DNA of 63,359 nucleotides, filler included, from a bacterium (lineage in GTDB: Bacteria; UBP15; UBA6099; JAJRTR01), in assembly GCA_024278215.1 (NCBI GenBank). It is 6 parts of 6 records of this genome, joined end to end, with 100 filler letters (N's around TTAATTAATTAA, not from the genome) between each part and the next. Parts side by side here need not be neighbours in the genome. Positions count along the whole stretch, not along the records: positions 24,357 to 34,169 come from JAJRTR010000109.1; positions 34,270 to 45,978 come from JAJRTR010000110.1; 4 more parts are not named here. The stretch is one strand, 5' to 3'. This document shows, one piece after another, positions 29,321 through 38,662 of the stretch (positions within the stretch are counted from its first letter, which is position 1; every line of letters begins with the position of its first letter). A model generated the notes under the pieces. It ran no database searches, had not been told where the DNA came from, and was given only the letters and a program-made list of their open reading frames with translations. Both the position numbers and the translations under genes were made by a program.

Positions 29321-31894
29321 CTACCAGCCGCTTTTGCGCAGTATCTGCTCGGCAGCCTGCATCGACAGGTTCTGGCGAAGTTTCATGTGCTCGATCTTCG
29401 CAAGTTTGATCTTTTCCATCAGGGAATCGAGTTCGACAGGTTTCTGGACAATATCGAATGCACCGAGTTTCATTGCTTCGACACTGACCTGAATCGTCGC
29501 CTTGCCCGTAACAAAAATCACCTGCATGGACTCGTCGCGCTCCTTCATCTGCCGCAATACTTCGATGCCGTCGATGCCCGGCATATTTATGTCGAGCAGC
29601 ACAACATCCATTTCAGTAGACAGTGTTTTCTCGAGCGCTTCCTCGCCACTTTTAGCGGTGAACACCCTGACATTCCGCTTTTTCATGCGCTTTGACAGCA
29701 GGGACACAAAATCTTCCTCGTCGTCTACTATCAATACTCTGGTCATCCTGTCCGCTACGAATGAAACAGGGAACACTTCCTTGAGCGGGCATTTCTTTTC
29801 ATCGGAGTCCCTGTGCGCTTCTTCATGAATATGTTCGAGAGCCGTTGCGACATTCCTGTAGATGTGGTCTTCGCCAATTTTCTCCAGGAGATGAGTTCGA
29901 CTGAAAGTGGCCAGCACGGATTCGTTGAGTCCGCTGAAGGAAACGTCGTATCCGGATTCACGCAGTCTGTCGATCATAATAGAAAGGAATTCCTCGCCTG
30001 AAGCGTCCACTTCAGTGATACCGTTGCCTACGATAAGGATATGGCGCAGGTCGGGTTTTTCGGCGACTTCCTCGAGTATTGTATCTTCGAAGAAAGAAAC
30101 ATTTGCAAAGAACATCGGGCCGCTGAACCGCATCACGGCTATATGCCTGCATTCGCCCAGTCCATGTGTCTCGGCGTCCCTGAACGAGCCGTCGTCGAAC
30201 TTTGCAAGCACGTGAACGGCGGGCTTCATGTTTCGCAGCAGATAGAGCCCTATCGAGAGTCCGACCCCGATCATGAGTCCGCGGTCGAGGTGCGGTGCGA
30301 AATACAGAGTTGTCAGACATGTTATTATGCTGATGGCGCCGTCGTATTTCTGGACCTGCCAGGCATGAACAAAACCGCTTACATTTACGAGGCCGATCAC
30401 TGCCATCATAATAATTGATGCCAGCACCGCCTGCGGCAGGTGGTACAGCAGAGGCGTGAAGAATAATAGTGTCAGGCCGACAACGATACTGCTGATGACA
30501 TTCGACAGGCCGGTAGCCGCGCCGGCCTGCAGGTTCACCGCCGAACGCGAGAATGAGCCGGACACGGCATAACTGCTGAAGCATGAACCCACTATGTTCG
30601 ACAGCCCCTGTCCGATAAGTTCCTGGTTGGGGTCGAGCCGCTGGCCTGTTTTTGCAGCCATTGCTTTGGCGATTGATATCGCTTCCATAAATCCGAGTAT
30701 GGAAATGATCACCGCCATGGGGAGCAATGTGAGTATAATCTTAAAATCGATTTTAGGAATTTTGAATTTTGGCAGTTCGGCAGGAATCTCGCCGATGACG
30801 GCGCCGCCGCCCATCATTTTGATTCTTTCCGTATTCAATTCGGAATAGCCGACTTTGATACGCCATATCTTTCCTTTGATTTTACTTCCGGGAGGCGCAT
30901 TCCCGGCAAGGTAAAACGAAAGTTTACCCTCGCCCGTGTCCACTGCATTGAAGTGTGAATTCCGCAGTTCATATCTCAACTCATGCTGGTTCTCGCGCAA
31001 GTCCTCGATTTCAACATTAAGTATTGCGATTTTGTTGAAAAGCAAAAGGTATTCAACCGTGTTGGTACCGTGTTGTTCCTTTGTCCTGTCGAGTTCCTCC
31101 CGCAAAAGAAACCTTTGCTCGCTCTTTTCATTCCCGAGTCTGACGGATTCGTTGAACTCTTCGATCACACTGACGATCTCATCTGATTTTATCTCTGAAA
31201 TGTCGGCGTAAAAGTCATTGCTGAAGCCGACGAGTGCGGACAGAACGGTTGTGACCGCTACGGCCATAAGCACATTGGGCAACCTTGGGTTGAGCTTTTT
31301 CATGCCGATCATAATGGCGAAAGAGACCACCGCCATGCCCAGTGTGGGAAGGTGCGTGTAGTTAAAAGCCGAGATGATTACGTTATATATCGTCTCATAA
31401 TGGTGGTGCCCTTTGTCAACATAAACACCGAATAATTTCGACAACTGGCTCGTCGCGATGATGATAGCGGCAGCATTCGTGAATCCGTTGACCACCGGAT
31501 GCGACAGGAAATTGACAACAAGCCCCAGCTTGAGCGCGCCGAGAGTGAACTGGAAAGCACCCACGATAAGCGCAAGCAGAATCGCATAGGCAATGAACAT
31601 ATCACTGCCGGCGGTAGCAAGCGGTGCAAGAGCAGTATTTGTCATGAGCGAAACAACTGCCACCGGGCCGGTCGCAAGCTGATAGCTCGACCCGAACAGC
31701 GAAGCGACAAGAGGAGGAAGAAAAGCCGCGTAGAGACCATAATACGGCGGCAGTCCTGCAAGTTGAGCATAAGCCATGGATTGGGGAATCAGTACCATGG
31801 CGACAGTCAGCCCGCCTATGATATCCGATCTGAGCTTATCTTTGGAATAATCGCTAAACCAACCGAGGAAAGGAAGGAACCTTGCAAGAATCAT
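29321..31894 (-). CDS. SulP/SLC26 anion permease with STAS and fused C-terminal receiver domain
   Basis: PQSMAYA.LAG, NQELIGQG, SGSFSRS; STAS FFAN..VDAS; receiver VLIVDDE..LLDINMPG..VTG..QKP. Confidence 0.93.
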   Translation of the reverse strand: MILARFLPFLGWFSDYSKDKLRSDIIGGLTVAMVLIPQSMAYAQLAGLPPYYGLYAAFLPPLVASLFGSSYQLATGPVAVVSLMTNTALAPLATAGSDMFIAYAILLALIVGAFQFTLGALKLGLVVNFLSHPVVNGFTNAAAIIIATSQLSKLFGVYVDKGHHHYETIYNVIISAFNYTHLPTLGMAVVSFAIMIGMKKLNPRLPNVLMAVAVTTVLSALVGFSNDFYADISEIKSDEIVSVIEEFNESVRLGNEKSEQRFLLREELDRTKEQHGTNTVEYLLLFNKIAILNVEIEDLRENQHELRYELRNSHFNAVDTGEGKLSFYLAGNAPPGSKIKGKIWRIKVGYSELNTERIKMMGGGAVIGEIPAELPKFKIPKIDFKIILTLLPMAVIISILGFMEAISIAKAMAAKTGQRLDPNQELIGQGLSNIVGSCFSSYAVSGSFSRSAVNLQAGAATGLSNVISSIVVGLTLLFFTPLLYHLPQAVLASIIMMAVIGLVNVSGFVHAWQVQKYDGAISIITCLTTLYFAPHLDRGLMIGVGLSIGLYLLRNMKPAVHVLAKFDDGSFRDAETHGLGECRHIAVMRFSGPMFFANVSFFEDTILEEVAEKPDLRHILIVGNGITEVDASGEEFLSIMIDRLRESGYDVSFSGLNESVLATFSRTHLLEKIGEDHIYRNVATALEHIHEEAHRDSDEKKCPLKEVFPVSFVADRMTRVLIVDDEEDFVSLLSKRMKKRNVRVFTAKSGEEALEKTLSTEMDVVLLDINMPGIDGIEVLRQMKERDESMQVIFVTGKATIQVSVEAMKLGAFDIVQKPVELDSLMEKIKLAKIEHMKLRQNLSMQAAEQILRKSGW

Positions 31895-31954
31895 GTAGGG
31901 TAGCTCCCGCGTTCTTTATTTTTCATGCTGTTTCGAGGAATTAACTATACTTAT

Positions 31955-32132
31955 GAGCCAATTGCGAAATTATGTTCGTAGCGAGGTCGAGCGAAATTGT
32001 TCAGAGCAAGGCGAAGGTGTAAAATCCTCACAGGCATACTTGCAGAGTACGTCGAGGACGATTTTGTGCCGACAACGCAGCTATGGACAATAGCAGCCGA
32101 CCGCAGCCGAATCAGAATTTTGCAATTGGCTC
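31955..32132 (+). mobile_element. MITE family A, complete 178-bp copy
   Basis: TIRs GAGCCAATTGCGAAAT / ATTTTGCAATTGGCTC; 4-bp direct repeat TTAT at 31951-31954 and 32133-32136. Confidence 0.92.
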
Positions 32133-32503
32133 TTATCTCCAATCGTGTTAAACACTCGAAAAATGAGTAATGAGATTCTTGTGATCAGCGTCTGAACAGT
32201 ATCGACCCTGGCACTGTTAAATACATTCCATTTAATTGTATTGTCAGATTATGTCATAACACTCATTTTATATGACATGACAATAAGATTTGTGTATACT
32301 ATATTGAAAAAATCACTTTTGGCAATAGCTCTCTAAATAATATGCGTTACAACTTCAGAGAAGCGCAACGAGGGAAAATCATTTCGCGCGGCGAGCACTT
32401 TATTCTTTTCCTTTTGTGTAAGATAGTTCTGAGAATATACATAAGAATTGAAAAGGAATGCTGTGTAAACCAGCGAGATTTCGGATAGAAAAAAAATATA
32501 ATA

Positions 32504-32532
32504 TTGACAAGTATTTTCGTAGGTGATAGTAT
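32504..32532 (+). promoter_or_regulatory. Sigma70-type promoter
   Basis: TTGACA-17 bp-TAGTAT with an extended TG, about 160 nt upstream of the 32696 CDS. Confidence 0.65.
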
Positions 32533-32695
32533 ACCGGGCGTACAAGTATATCGCCGCTTTTCAGTAGCGAGGATGTGCTGTTACTGTAGAGGCATATCAT
32601 GCGGCAAATATTCAATAATTTTTTCTCGAAGGCTTTTTACGAGCCTTATAGATAAACAAAATACCAGAAACAGGCAGAACGAGAGGAGAGTGTTA

Positions 32696-33892
32696 ATGAG
32701 AGACATCAAGATGCTGTTGGTAGTAATGTGTGCGTTTATCTTCGCCCTTGGAGTAGCTATGTTTCCCGTGGCGAGAATCGCAACAGTTGATATGGGAATC
32801 GCCATCGCCCAGGCGCAGGACGACAGTGACGCAAAAGCAGACACGACAGACAGTGCTGAAAGTGCCGAAGGCGCAACCAGCACAGAAAGCGCAGAGAGCG
32901 AAGACGACTGGGACGACTGGGACGACGAAGAAGGTGATGAAGAGGATGCTTTCGGCAACATTATGGAAACAACCTTCGCGACCATCGGTGAAGTAACAGT
33001 CGACGGCGCTACAGCCGGTTCCGATGCTAAAGTAACCGCAACAATAACCCTCGAAGATGAAGAAGAGGAAGCCACAATTTCATCTGTCAAACTAAGCTAC
33101 TCGGTCGACGGCGGCGCTGTCAGCACAGTTGACATGAGCGACAACGGCGACGGCACATATTCCGGTACAATCCCCGTACAGGCCTCAGGTGCTAAAGTCG
33201 AATATTACATCACAGTCACAGACTCCAACAACAATGTTACAACCGGCGCGCTTCCCGGACATGAAAATGTTGTTTCCGGTGTTGCCGACATGGACAACTC
33301 GGAAGATATCGTCGCAGACGATGCGGACCTGATTGATCTCGCAGCCGGTTATGACGATGACTATCTCTATGTCGACTTCTCCGTTCAGGGCGCGATCAGC
33401 GGCGGAACAATTGATCCTCCGTACATTCAACTCTACGGCGTAAAAATCACAAACCCCGACACTGAACAGGGCGAAGGACTCATGGTTGGTAAACTCTGGA
33501 TTTACCTCCCGCTCGCAAAAGAAAAAGAAGTTCAGGATAAATTCATGCCGATGCTTATGGACGCAGGCAAGGAGTACATCGACCAGATCGGCCAGGAAAA
33601 CATCGACAGAGTCATGCAGACTGGCATGATGGTGCTGGATATACAGAAACTTATGGGCGGCAATTTCATGGAAGGCATGCTCTTCTCCGCGGAACCTGAA
33701 GCGGATATCGACGGCGGAAAATTCTCAGGCAAAATCAAGCGTGCGGCGCTTGGCGACAACCCGTCAGGCTACCTCCGTATCATCACGCTCACCGCAGCCA
33801 ATGCTTCCATTGATTCATTCATGCCCATACCGCTGAACTGCTCCAACTTCCTCACAATCTACACGAGCGACTACAGCTACGAAGTAAAGTAA
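32696..33892 (+). CDS. Secreted acidic protein with Ig-like domain, function unknown
   Basis: SD GAGGAG, signal peptide, D/E-rich linker, YSVDGG..MSDNGDGTYSGTIP..VEYYI. Confidence 0.8.
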   Translation: MRDIKMLLVVMCAFIFALGVAMFPVARIATVDMGIAIAQAQDDSDAKADTTDSAESAEGATSTESAESEDDWDDWDDEEGDEEDAFGNIMETTFATIGEVTVDGATAGSDAKVTATITLEDEEEEATISSVKLSYSVDGGAVSTVDMSDNGDGTYSGTIPVQASGAKVEYYITVTDSNNNVTTGALPGHENVVSGVADMDNSEDIVADDADLIDLAAGYDDDYLYVDFSVQGAISGGTIDPPYIQLYGVKITNPDTEQGEGLMVGKLWIYLPLAKEKEVQDKFMPMLMDAGKEYIDQIGQENIDRVMQTGMMVLDIQKLMGGNFMEGMLFSAEPEADIDGGKFSGKIKRAALGDNPSGYLRIITLTAANASIDSFMPIPLNCSNFLTIYTSDYSYEVK

Positions 33893-33917
33893 TTGCGGGC
33901 TGAATAAAAGAAATAAT

Positions 33918-33949
33918 AAACGGCGGGAGATTTTTTTCCCGCCGTTTTT
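33918..33949 (+). terminator. Rho-independent terminator
   Basis: AAACGGCGGGA...TCCCGCCGTTT followed by a T-tract. Confidence 0.85.
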
Positions 33950-34032
33950 GTTTTCTGTTTTCAGAACTGATAAAAAATGCTGATAAACAGCTTTTTAGTC
34001 GTTATAATAGCCCTGTAGACAGGAGTATTTAT

Positions 34033-34082
34033 GGGGCATCCGGGAATCAAGTGGGTGACCACAACATGTAGTGTAGAAAGGA
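34033..34082 (+). mobile_element. Isolated IS end (ISL3-like)
   Basis: 50 bp identical to the reverse complement of 53225-53274; GG..CATCCGGGAATCAAGTGGGTG resembles ISL3-type ends. Confidence 0.6.
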
Positions 34083-34169
34083 TAGAAAGGCGAGTTTATC
34101 GCATTCAGGACGATAACTGGAGAGAAAAAGAAAGAGAGGCCCCATTGAGAGGGCCTCTCCAGTTACCGT

Positions 34170-34269
34170 NNNNNNNNNNNNNNNNNNNNNNNNNNNNNNN
34201 NNNNNNNNNNNNNTTAATTAATTAANNNNNNNNNNNNNNNNNNNNNNNNNNNNNNNNNNNNNNNNNNNN
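34170..34269. other. Artificial contig linker
   Basis: N-run with TTAATTAATTAA. Confidence 0.98.
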
Positions 34270-34410
34270 CGAAATTGTTCAGAGCAAGGCGGAGGTGTAA
34301 AATCCTCGCAGGCGTACTTGTAGAGTACGTCGAGGACGATTTTGTGCCGACAACGCAGCTATGGACAATAGCAGCCGACCGCAGCAGAATCAGAATTTTG
34401 CAATTGGCTC
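34270..34410 (+). mobile_element. MITE family A, partial copy at contig start
   Basis: Near-identical to the 3' 141 bp of 31955-32132; right TIR intact. Confidence 0.9.
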
Positions 34411-34543
34411 CCATGACTATTTTGACTTCTGTGCAGGGCGGCTATACTATAAGGATGAAGCAGGATACAGCCAATTGCAACATTATGTTCCTGACGAGTA
34501 GCGGCGAAATTGTAATTCTGCACATTACAGCAGGTGAATATCC

Positions 34544-35797
34544 ATGAATATATTGCATATATTGCACAGAAAACCCGAATTGTACAGCGGCACAGAAAAG
34601 TTGGTATTACAGCTTGCGCGTATGGCAACCGGGGATGGTCATAAAGTAAGTATTCTGTACCCAAAAACGGTGGCCGAAGAGATCGAACCGGTGATCGACG
34701 CCACGGAAGAAAACGGTGTCGGGCTGCTGGAAATCACCCGAACGGAGCGAGAGGGCGATTTTGCACCGCCGGGGCCGGATGCGAGGGCGCTGAACGATTT
34801 GTTTTATGCGGCGCTCGACAGGATAGCACCTGATGTCGTTCATATTCACCAGTTAACCGATATGCCTGTCGGCGCGCTTCCCGGCGCGGTCGGGTCAGGT
34901 GCGCGCACTGTGTTGACACTGCATGATTTCAGCCTGTTTTGCAAGCAGTTTTTTCTCGTCAGGAAAAACGGGAACTATTGCGACACTGCGGACAGTGGAA
35001 AGAACTGCGCGCGATACTGCGGAGAAAAACAGGCAGTAGAGCGAAGGCAGATGTGGCGGCAAATGCGCGGGGGCGGCCCCGAGGCGGCATTTTACGGTAA
35101 TGTTGTCCGAGCGAGGCAGATGGCTGTGAAAAGGGTTCACGTCGTTACTGCCCTATCGGAATTTGTTCTTCAGATTTTCAGGAGAGAGGGTTTCGAACTG
35201 GAGAATGCGCGTGTGATCGAGCTGGGTATCGCGAAGTTCGAGGTCGAGCACAAAGGCGTGGTTGATCTGCCCGTAAGATTTGCAGCGCTCGGGACGATCT
35301 CGCGAAGCAAGGGGGCCGATCTGCTGATAGATGTATTCAAAGACATTGCTCCTGAGCAGGCTGTGCTTACATTTCACGGTGGCCGCATAGACGCGGATGT
35401 GAAAGAGATGCTCGATGCCGCTGTCGCCGCGTACTCGAATATCAGGAACGCGGGTGCTTATGAGGAAAAAGAGCTGCCGGGGATACTTGCCGGAGCGGAT
35501 TGCCTGATAAACGCGACGCGCCTGCCCGAGACGTATTCACTCGTGCTGTCCGAAGCGTGGCAGGCGGGTGTCCCCGTGATAGCCGCGGATATAGGCGCGA
35601 TACCGGGGCGTGTCGACAGGGGAGTGAACGGTTTGCTTTTCGAGCCGGGCGACATGGGCGGACTGGCAAGAGCGGTGCAGACCGTCATCGGGGACCCGCA
35701 GATGATCGATAGAATGGCGAGCAACGCGCCGGAAGTAAAGGCACTGGGGCAATATTACGATGAGTTAATGGAATTGTATGTAAGCGAGAAATATTGA
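34544..35797 (+). CDS. Glycosyltransferase family 4
   Basis: GTE, PDVVHIH, TLHDF, KG, ETYSLVLSEA..AGVPVI..DIG, NGLLF.PGD. Confidence 0.92.
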   Translation: MNILHILHRKPELYSGTEKLVLQLARMATGDGHKVSILYPKTVAEEIEPVIDATEENGVGLLEITRTEREGDFAPPGPDARALNDLFYAALDRIAPDVVHIHQLTDMPVGALPGAVGSGARTVLTLHDFSLFCKQFFLVRKNGNYCDTADSGKNCARYCGEKQAVERRQMWRQMRGGGPEAAFYGNVVRARQMAVKRVHVVTALSEFVLQIFRREGFELENARVIELGIAKFEVEHKGVVDLPVRFAALGTISRSKGADLLIDVFKDIAPEQAVLTFHGGRIDADVKEMLDAAVAAYSNIRNAGAYEEKELPGILAGADCLINATRLPETYSLVLSEAWQAGVPVIAADIGAIPGRVDRGVNGLLFEPGDMGGLARAVQTVIGDPQMIDRMASNAPEVKALGQYYDELMELYVSEKY

Positions 35798-35937
35798 TTC
35801 GTGTGTAAAAATGCGCGGATGACATTTGTCAACAGACAATAAGCGACAATAGAGAACTCGCAAATAGCGTTTTTGTGAATTTCTGCTGACTTTAACAACA
35901 GCGGCTGTATTGAAAATGGCTAATTACACACGAATCA
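35795..35937 (+). mobile_element. MITE family C (143 bp), copy 1
   Basis: TIRs TGATTCGTGTGTAA / TTACACACGAATCA; 5-bp direct repeat AATAT on both sides; its first TGA is the GT4 stop codon. Confidence 0.85.
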
Positions 35938-36100
35938 AATATTAGGCCCTTAACGCGCCGCAAGCGACAGCATGTTGTCGCCAGGCAGATAATGAGGTGA
36001 CCGCAGCGTTCAGTCCCTGCGTTCAGGGGCGTAGCGCCGGAACGATGGAAAACCGGTGTGGACGAGTGTGAATGCGATGACTGTGGTAACAATGAAACTC

Positions 36101-36137
36101 TGTGTGCCGTGCTCAAACCGCATTTGTTTGGGCACGA
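36101..36137 (+). repeat. REP-like hairpin family D, copy 2
   Basis: CGTGCTCAAAC-loop-GTTTGGGCACG; matches 306-342 inverted. Confidence 0.75.
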
Positions 36138-36203
36138 AAATGTGACCTTTTGGGTTCCGGTTGCGCCGGGTCAGGTTATTGCTTGTTTAAGGAGGATGAA
36201 TAT

Positions 36204-36896
36204 TTGTTGACAGTCGGAGTGAGCACATCGTCGCCCGCGAGCAGTATAGCGATAATGGAAGACGGCTGCATTGTGGGTGAAGATGCTTTCGAGGGCGCAC
36301 GGTCGTGTGTCGAGGAGCTTATACCCAGATTAAAGAAACTTCTGGCGGATCAGGGGCGCGGCATGAGAGACATCGGCAAACTTGCAGTGGACGTGGGGCC
36401 GGGCGGGCTGACCGGGTTGAAGATCGGCGTGGTTGCCGTAAAGACAATCGCGCAGGCGCTGGATATTCCTGTGGTGCCTGTTTCCTCGATGCGCGCGCTC
36501 TGCCACGGGCTCGACACGGAAACGGAATACATTATGCCGCTGATGCGGAGCACGAAGAAAGAGTTTTTCTCGGCGATATACCGCAAGAAACAGGGTGGTG
36601 TCGAATGTATTGAGCAAGAGCGTCTGGATACGCCGGAGGGGCTGGCCGGGCGGCTGGCGGATTTTGCCGGTGCGGAGATAACCGTAGCGGGAGACGGCGC
36701 GGGGCAGGCGGCGGAGGTGCTTGAATCGGAAAAAAATGTTACAATAAAGATGTGTGTAGATGATAAAATGAAGTATCCAACTGCGAGGCTGGTCTGCCGG
36801 ATCGCCGGAAGCGAGACCGGCCGTCACTGGCGGGAGATAAATCCCCGCTATCTGTGTCTGACAAATGCGGAGCGTAACTTTGGCATCAGAGTGTAG
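36204..36896 (+). CDS. tsaB: tRNA t6A biosynthesis protein TsaB
   Basis: AVDVGPGGLTGLKIG motif; SD GGAGG before TTG; upstream of rimI. Confidence 0.88.
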   Translation: MLTVGVSTSSPASSIAIMEDGCIVGEDAFEGARSCVEELIPRLKKLLADQGRGMRDIGKLAVDVGPGGLTGLKIGVVAVKTIAQALDIPVVPVSSMRALCHGLDTETEYIMPLMRSTKKEFFSAIYRKKQGGVECIEQERLDTPEGLAGRLADFAGAEITVAGDGAGQAAEVLESEKNVTIKMCVDDKMKYPTARLVCRIAGSETGRHWREINPRYLCLTNAERNFGIRV

Positions 36897-37455
36897 GCAG
36901 AGGAAATGTATACCTGTGGCCGTCAGGCCGATGGAGATGGGCGATCTCCAGGAAGTATACACGATCGAGGTCGCGGCATATCCGAGGCCGTGGCCGATAA
37001 AATGCTTTATCGACGAGATGAACAAAAACCGGTTTGCGCGATATATTGTCGCGCTGGACCGCGACGAGTCGATCCTCGGGTACATAGGGATGTGGGTGAT
37101 AAAGGGCGAAGCGCATATAACAAATATCGCGGTGGACCCGGTGTTCACGCGACGAAAGATCGCCGAGCAGATGCTAGTGAATTCAATAGAATATGCCATA
37201 GCTCAAAGATGTACTACGATGTACCTCGAGGTGCGCCGCTACAATATTGCCGCCCAGCGGCTCTACACGAGATACCTGTTCATACCGACGTATATAAAGG
37301 AGAAGTATTACCAGGACAACCATGAGGACGCCATCGAGCTTCGCATACAGAATTTGAATGAAGAAAAATTTATTCTGAACTTCAGGCGACAGAGACAGCG
37401 CCTGTTGGACGTCCTCGGACTCGATCGGTTCCCCGGCCCGGGTGTTGTGCGATAA
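36865..37455 (+). CDS. rimI: Ribosomal protein alanine N-acetyltransferase (start uncertain)
   Basis: PW, EAHITNIAV, LEVR..N..A..LY, YY.DN.EDA. Confidence 0.88.
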   Translation: MRSVTLASECRQRKCIPVAVRPMEMGDLQEVYTIEVAAYPRPWPIKCFIDEMNKNRFARYIVALDRDESILGYIGMWVIKGEAHITNIAVDPVFTRRKIAEQMLVNSIEYAIAQRCTTMYLEVRRYNIAAQRLYTRYLFIPTYIKEKYYQDNHEDAIELRIQNLNEEKFILNFRRQRQRLLDVLGLDRFPGPGVVR

Positions 37456-37573
37456 TGTTGTGTTATTAAATTGAATACCTTATAATAATAGACGTGAGAT
37501 GCTTCCAATCGGGTATAATGTGCGTATGGACTAGTTAGTTTGAAATGTGGAAGTGATGGACGTCGGAAAAGAC

Positions 37574-37705
37574 GCAAAAACTGACGTTTTTGCATTCCAG
37601 AAAAAGCATGATTGTTGTATGCGGTGAGCGGATGCTGGCGACGAGCGGAGTAGCGGTGTTTGTGAAGAATTGCTTTTTCTGGAATGCAACGACTGTGTCG
37701 TTGCA
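37574..37705. repeat. REP-doublet-like element (family E), copy 1
   Basis: Hairpins GCAAAAAC-TGAC-GTTTTTGC and TGCAACGAC-TGT-GTCGTTGCA with complementary arms ATTCCAGAAAAAGCA/TGCTTTTTCTGGAAT. Confidence 0.7.
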
Positions 37706-37727
37706 AAATGTAATGCAGTATAAATGT

Positions 37728-37870
37728 TGATTCGTGTGTAATAAGTCATTTTCAAAAACAATGTTTTTGTCAAAGTCGGTCAAGATGCTTTAAAATGCTG
37801 AACATACGTTTGTTATAGTCGATCATTGTTGGTTGACATTTGTCATCTTCGACTTATTTCACATGAATTA
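37728..37870 (-). mobile_element. MITE family C, diverged full-length inverted copy
   Basis: 143 bp colinear with the reverse complement of 60719-60861; one TIR is degenerate. Confidence 0.75.
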
Positions 37871-37888
37871 ACCCATGGAGGTGATTGC

Positions 37889-38209
37889 ATGTCGCCATTG
37901 GAGATTTCTCCTGAAATGTTTGACGGTGCGATAAGCGGGTCGGAGATACCGATTGCAGTTGATTTTTTCACAAGCTGGTGCGGCCCGTGCAAGATGCTCG
38001 AGCCGCGCCTGTCGCAACTGGCGAAGGACTATGAGGGCAAGGTGAAGATTCTGAGCATCGACGCCGAAAAAGCTTCATCCATAGCCTGTGAACTGGACAT
38101 ACGCGGAGTGCCGACAGTGGTGTTTTTCAAGAACGGCTGCGAGCAGGAGCGTATCCTCGGCCTGGCCTCCTATGAGGAATTTGCCGCCCGCATCGAGTCG
38201 TTGCTGTAG
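37889..38209 (+). CDS. trxA: Thioredoxin
   Basis: VDF..SWCGPCK, IRGVPT; SD GGAGGTG. Confidence 0.92.
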   Translation: MSPLEISPEMFDGAISGSEIPIAVDFFTSWCGPCKMLEPRLSQLAKDYEGKVKILSIDAEKASSIACELDIRGVPTVVFFKNGCEQERILGLASYEEFAARIESLL

Positions 38210-38255
38210 CCGAAGCGGCAAGCGGATTCCGATTCCCATTATTTTTCCGCCTGCA

Positions 38256-38368
38256 TTGAAAAATATTTTTTATATGCTACAATAACCAACGTCCTTTCTG
38301 CTTTGTGCCCTGCGCCCGTCCAAGAGGGTCAGGCAGCAAAGCCACAGACCAAAGGGAGGTAAGACAAA
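38256..38368 (+). promoter_or_regulatory. rpsF promoter and candidate S6:S18 autoregulatory leader
   Basis: TTGAAA-16 bp-TACAAT (extended TG). The leader folds TCCTTT/AAAGGGA over the SD, plus GCTTTG/CAAAGC and TGCC/GGCA stems. Confidence 0.6.
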
Positions 38369-38656
38369 TTGGTTAAATACGAAATACTTTATATCACCGA
38401 TCCCACACTGACGGAAGAAAAACAGGCGGCTCTTCAGGACCGCATACGCAAGCAGATCGAAGTCGGCTGCGGCGAGATCGAATCCACCGACGATTGGGGC
38501 CTGCGCAGGCTTGCGTATCCCATCAACAAGATGGAAGAAGGCCGCTATACCCTGATAAATTTCCAGTCTGAAACGCAGAGCATAAAACCGCTCGACAAGC
38601 AATTCAGGCTGATTCAGGGCCTGATGAGATTTGTTATTGTCCGGAAGGAGAAGTGA
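38369..38656 (+). CDS. rpsF: 30S ribosomal protein S6
   Basis: YE..YI..P, WG.RRLAYPINK..EG.Y. Confidence 0.97.
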   Translation: MVKYEILYITDPTLTEEKQAALQDRIRKQIEVGCGEIESTDDWGLRRLAYPINKMEEGRYTLINFQSETQSIKPLDKQFRLIQGLMRFVIVRKEK

Positions 38657-38662
38657 GGACGA

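Noticed and set aside
34058-34074. NrdR-box-like ACCACAACATGTAGTGT
   Set aside because: It lies within the repeated IS-end segment, and no ribonucleotide reductase gene is adjacent.
34275-34547. Recurrent ORFs MFRARRRCKILAGV... (also at 46084, 53091, and antisense at 31951, 34214, 46023)
   Set aside because: Translations of MITE family A with no consistent SD or C-terminus; not a protein family.
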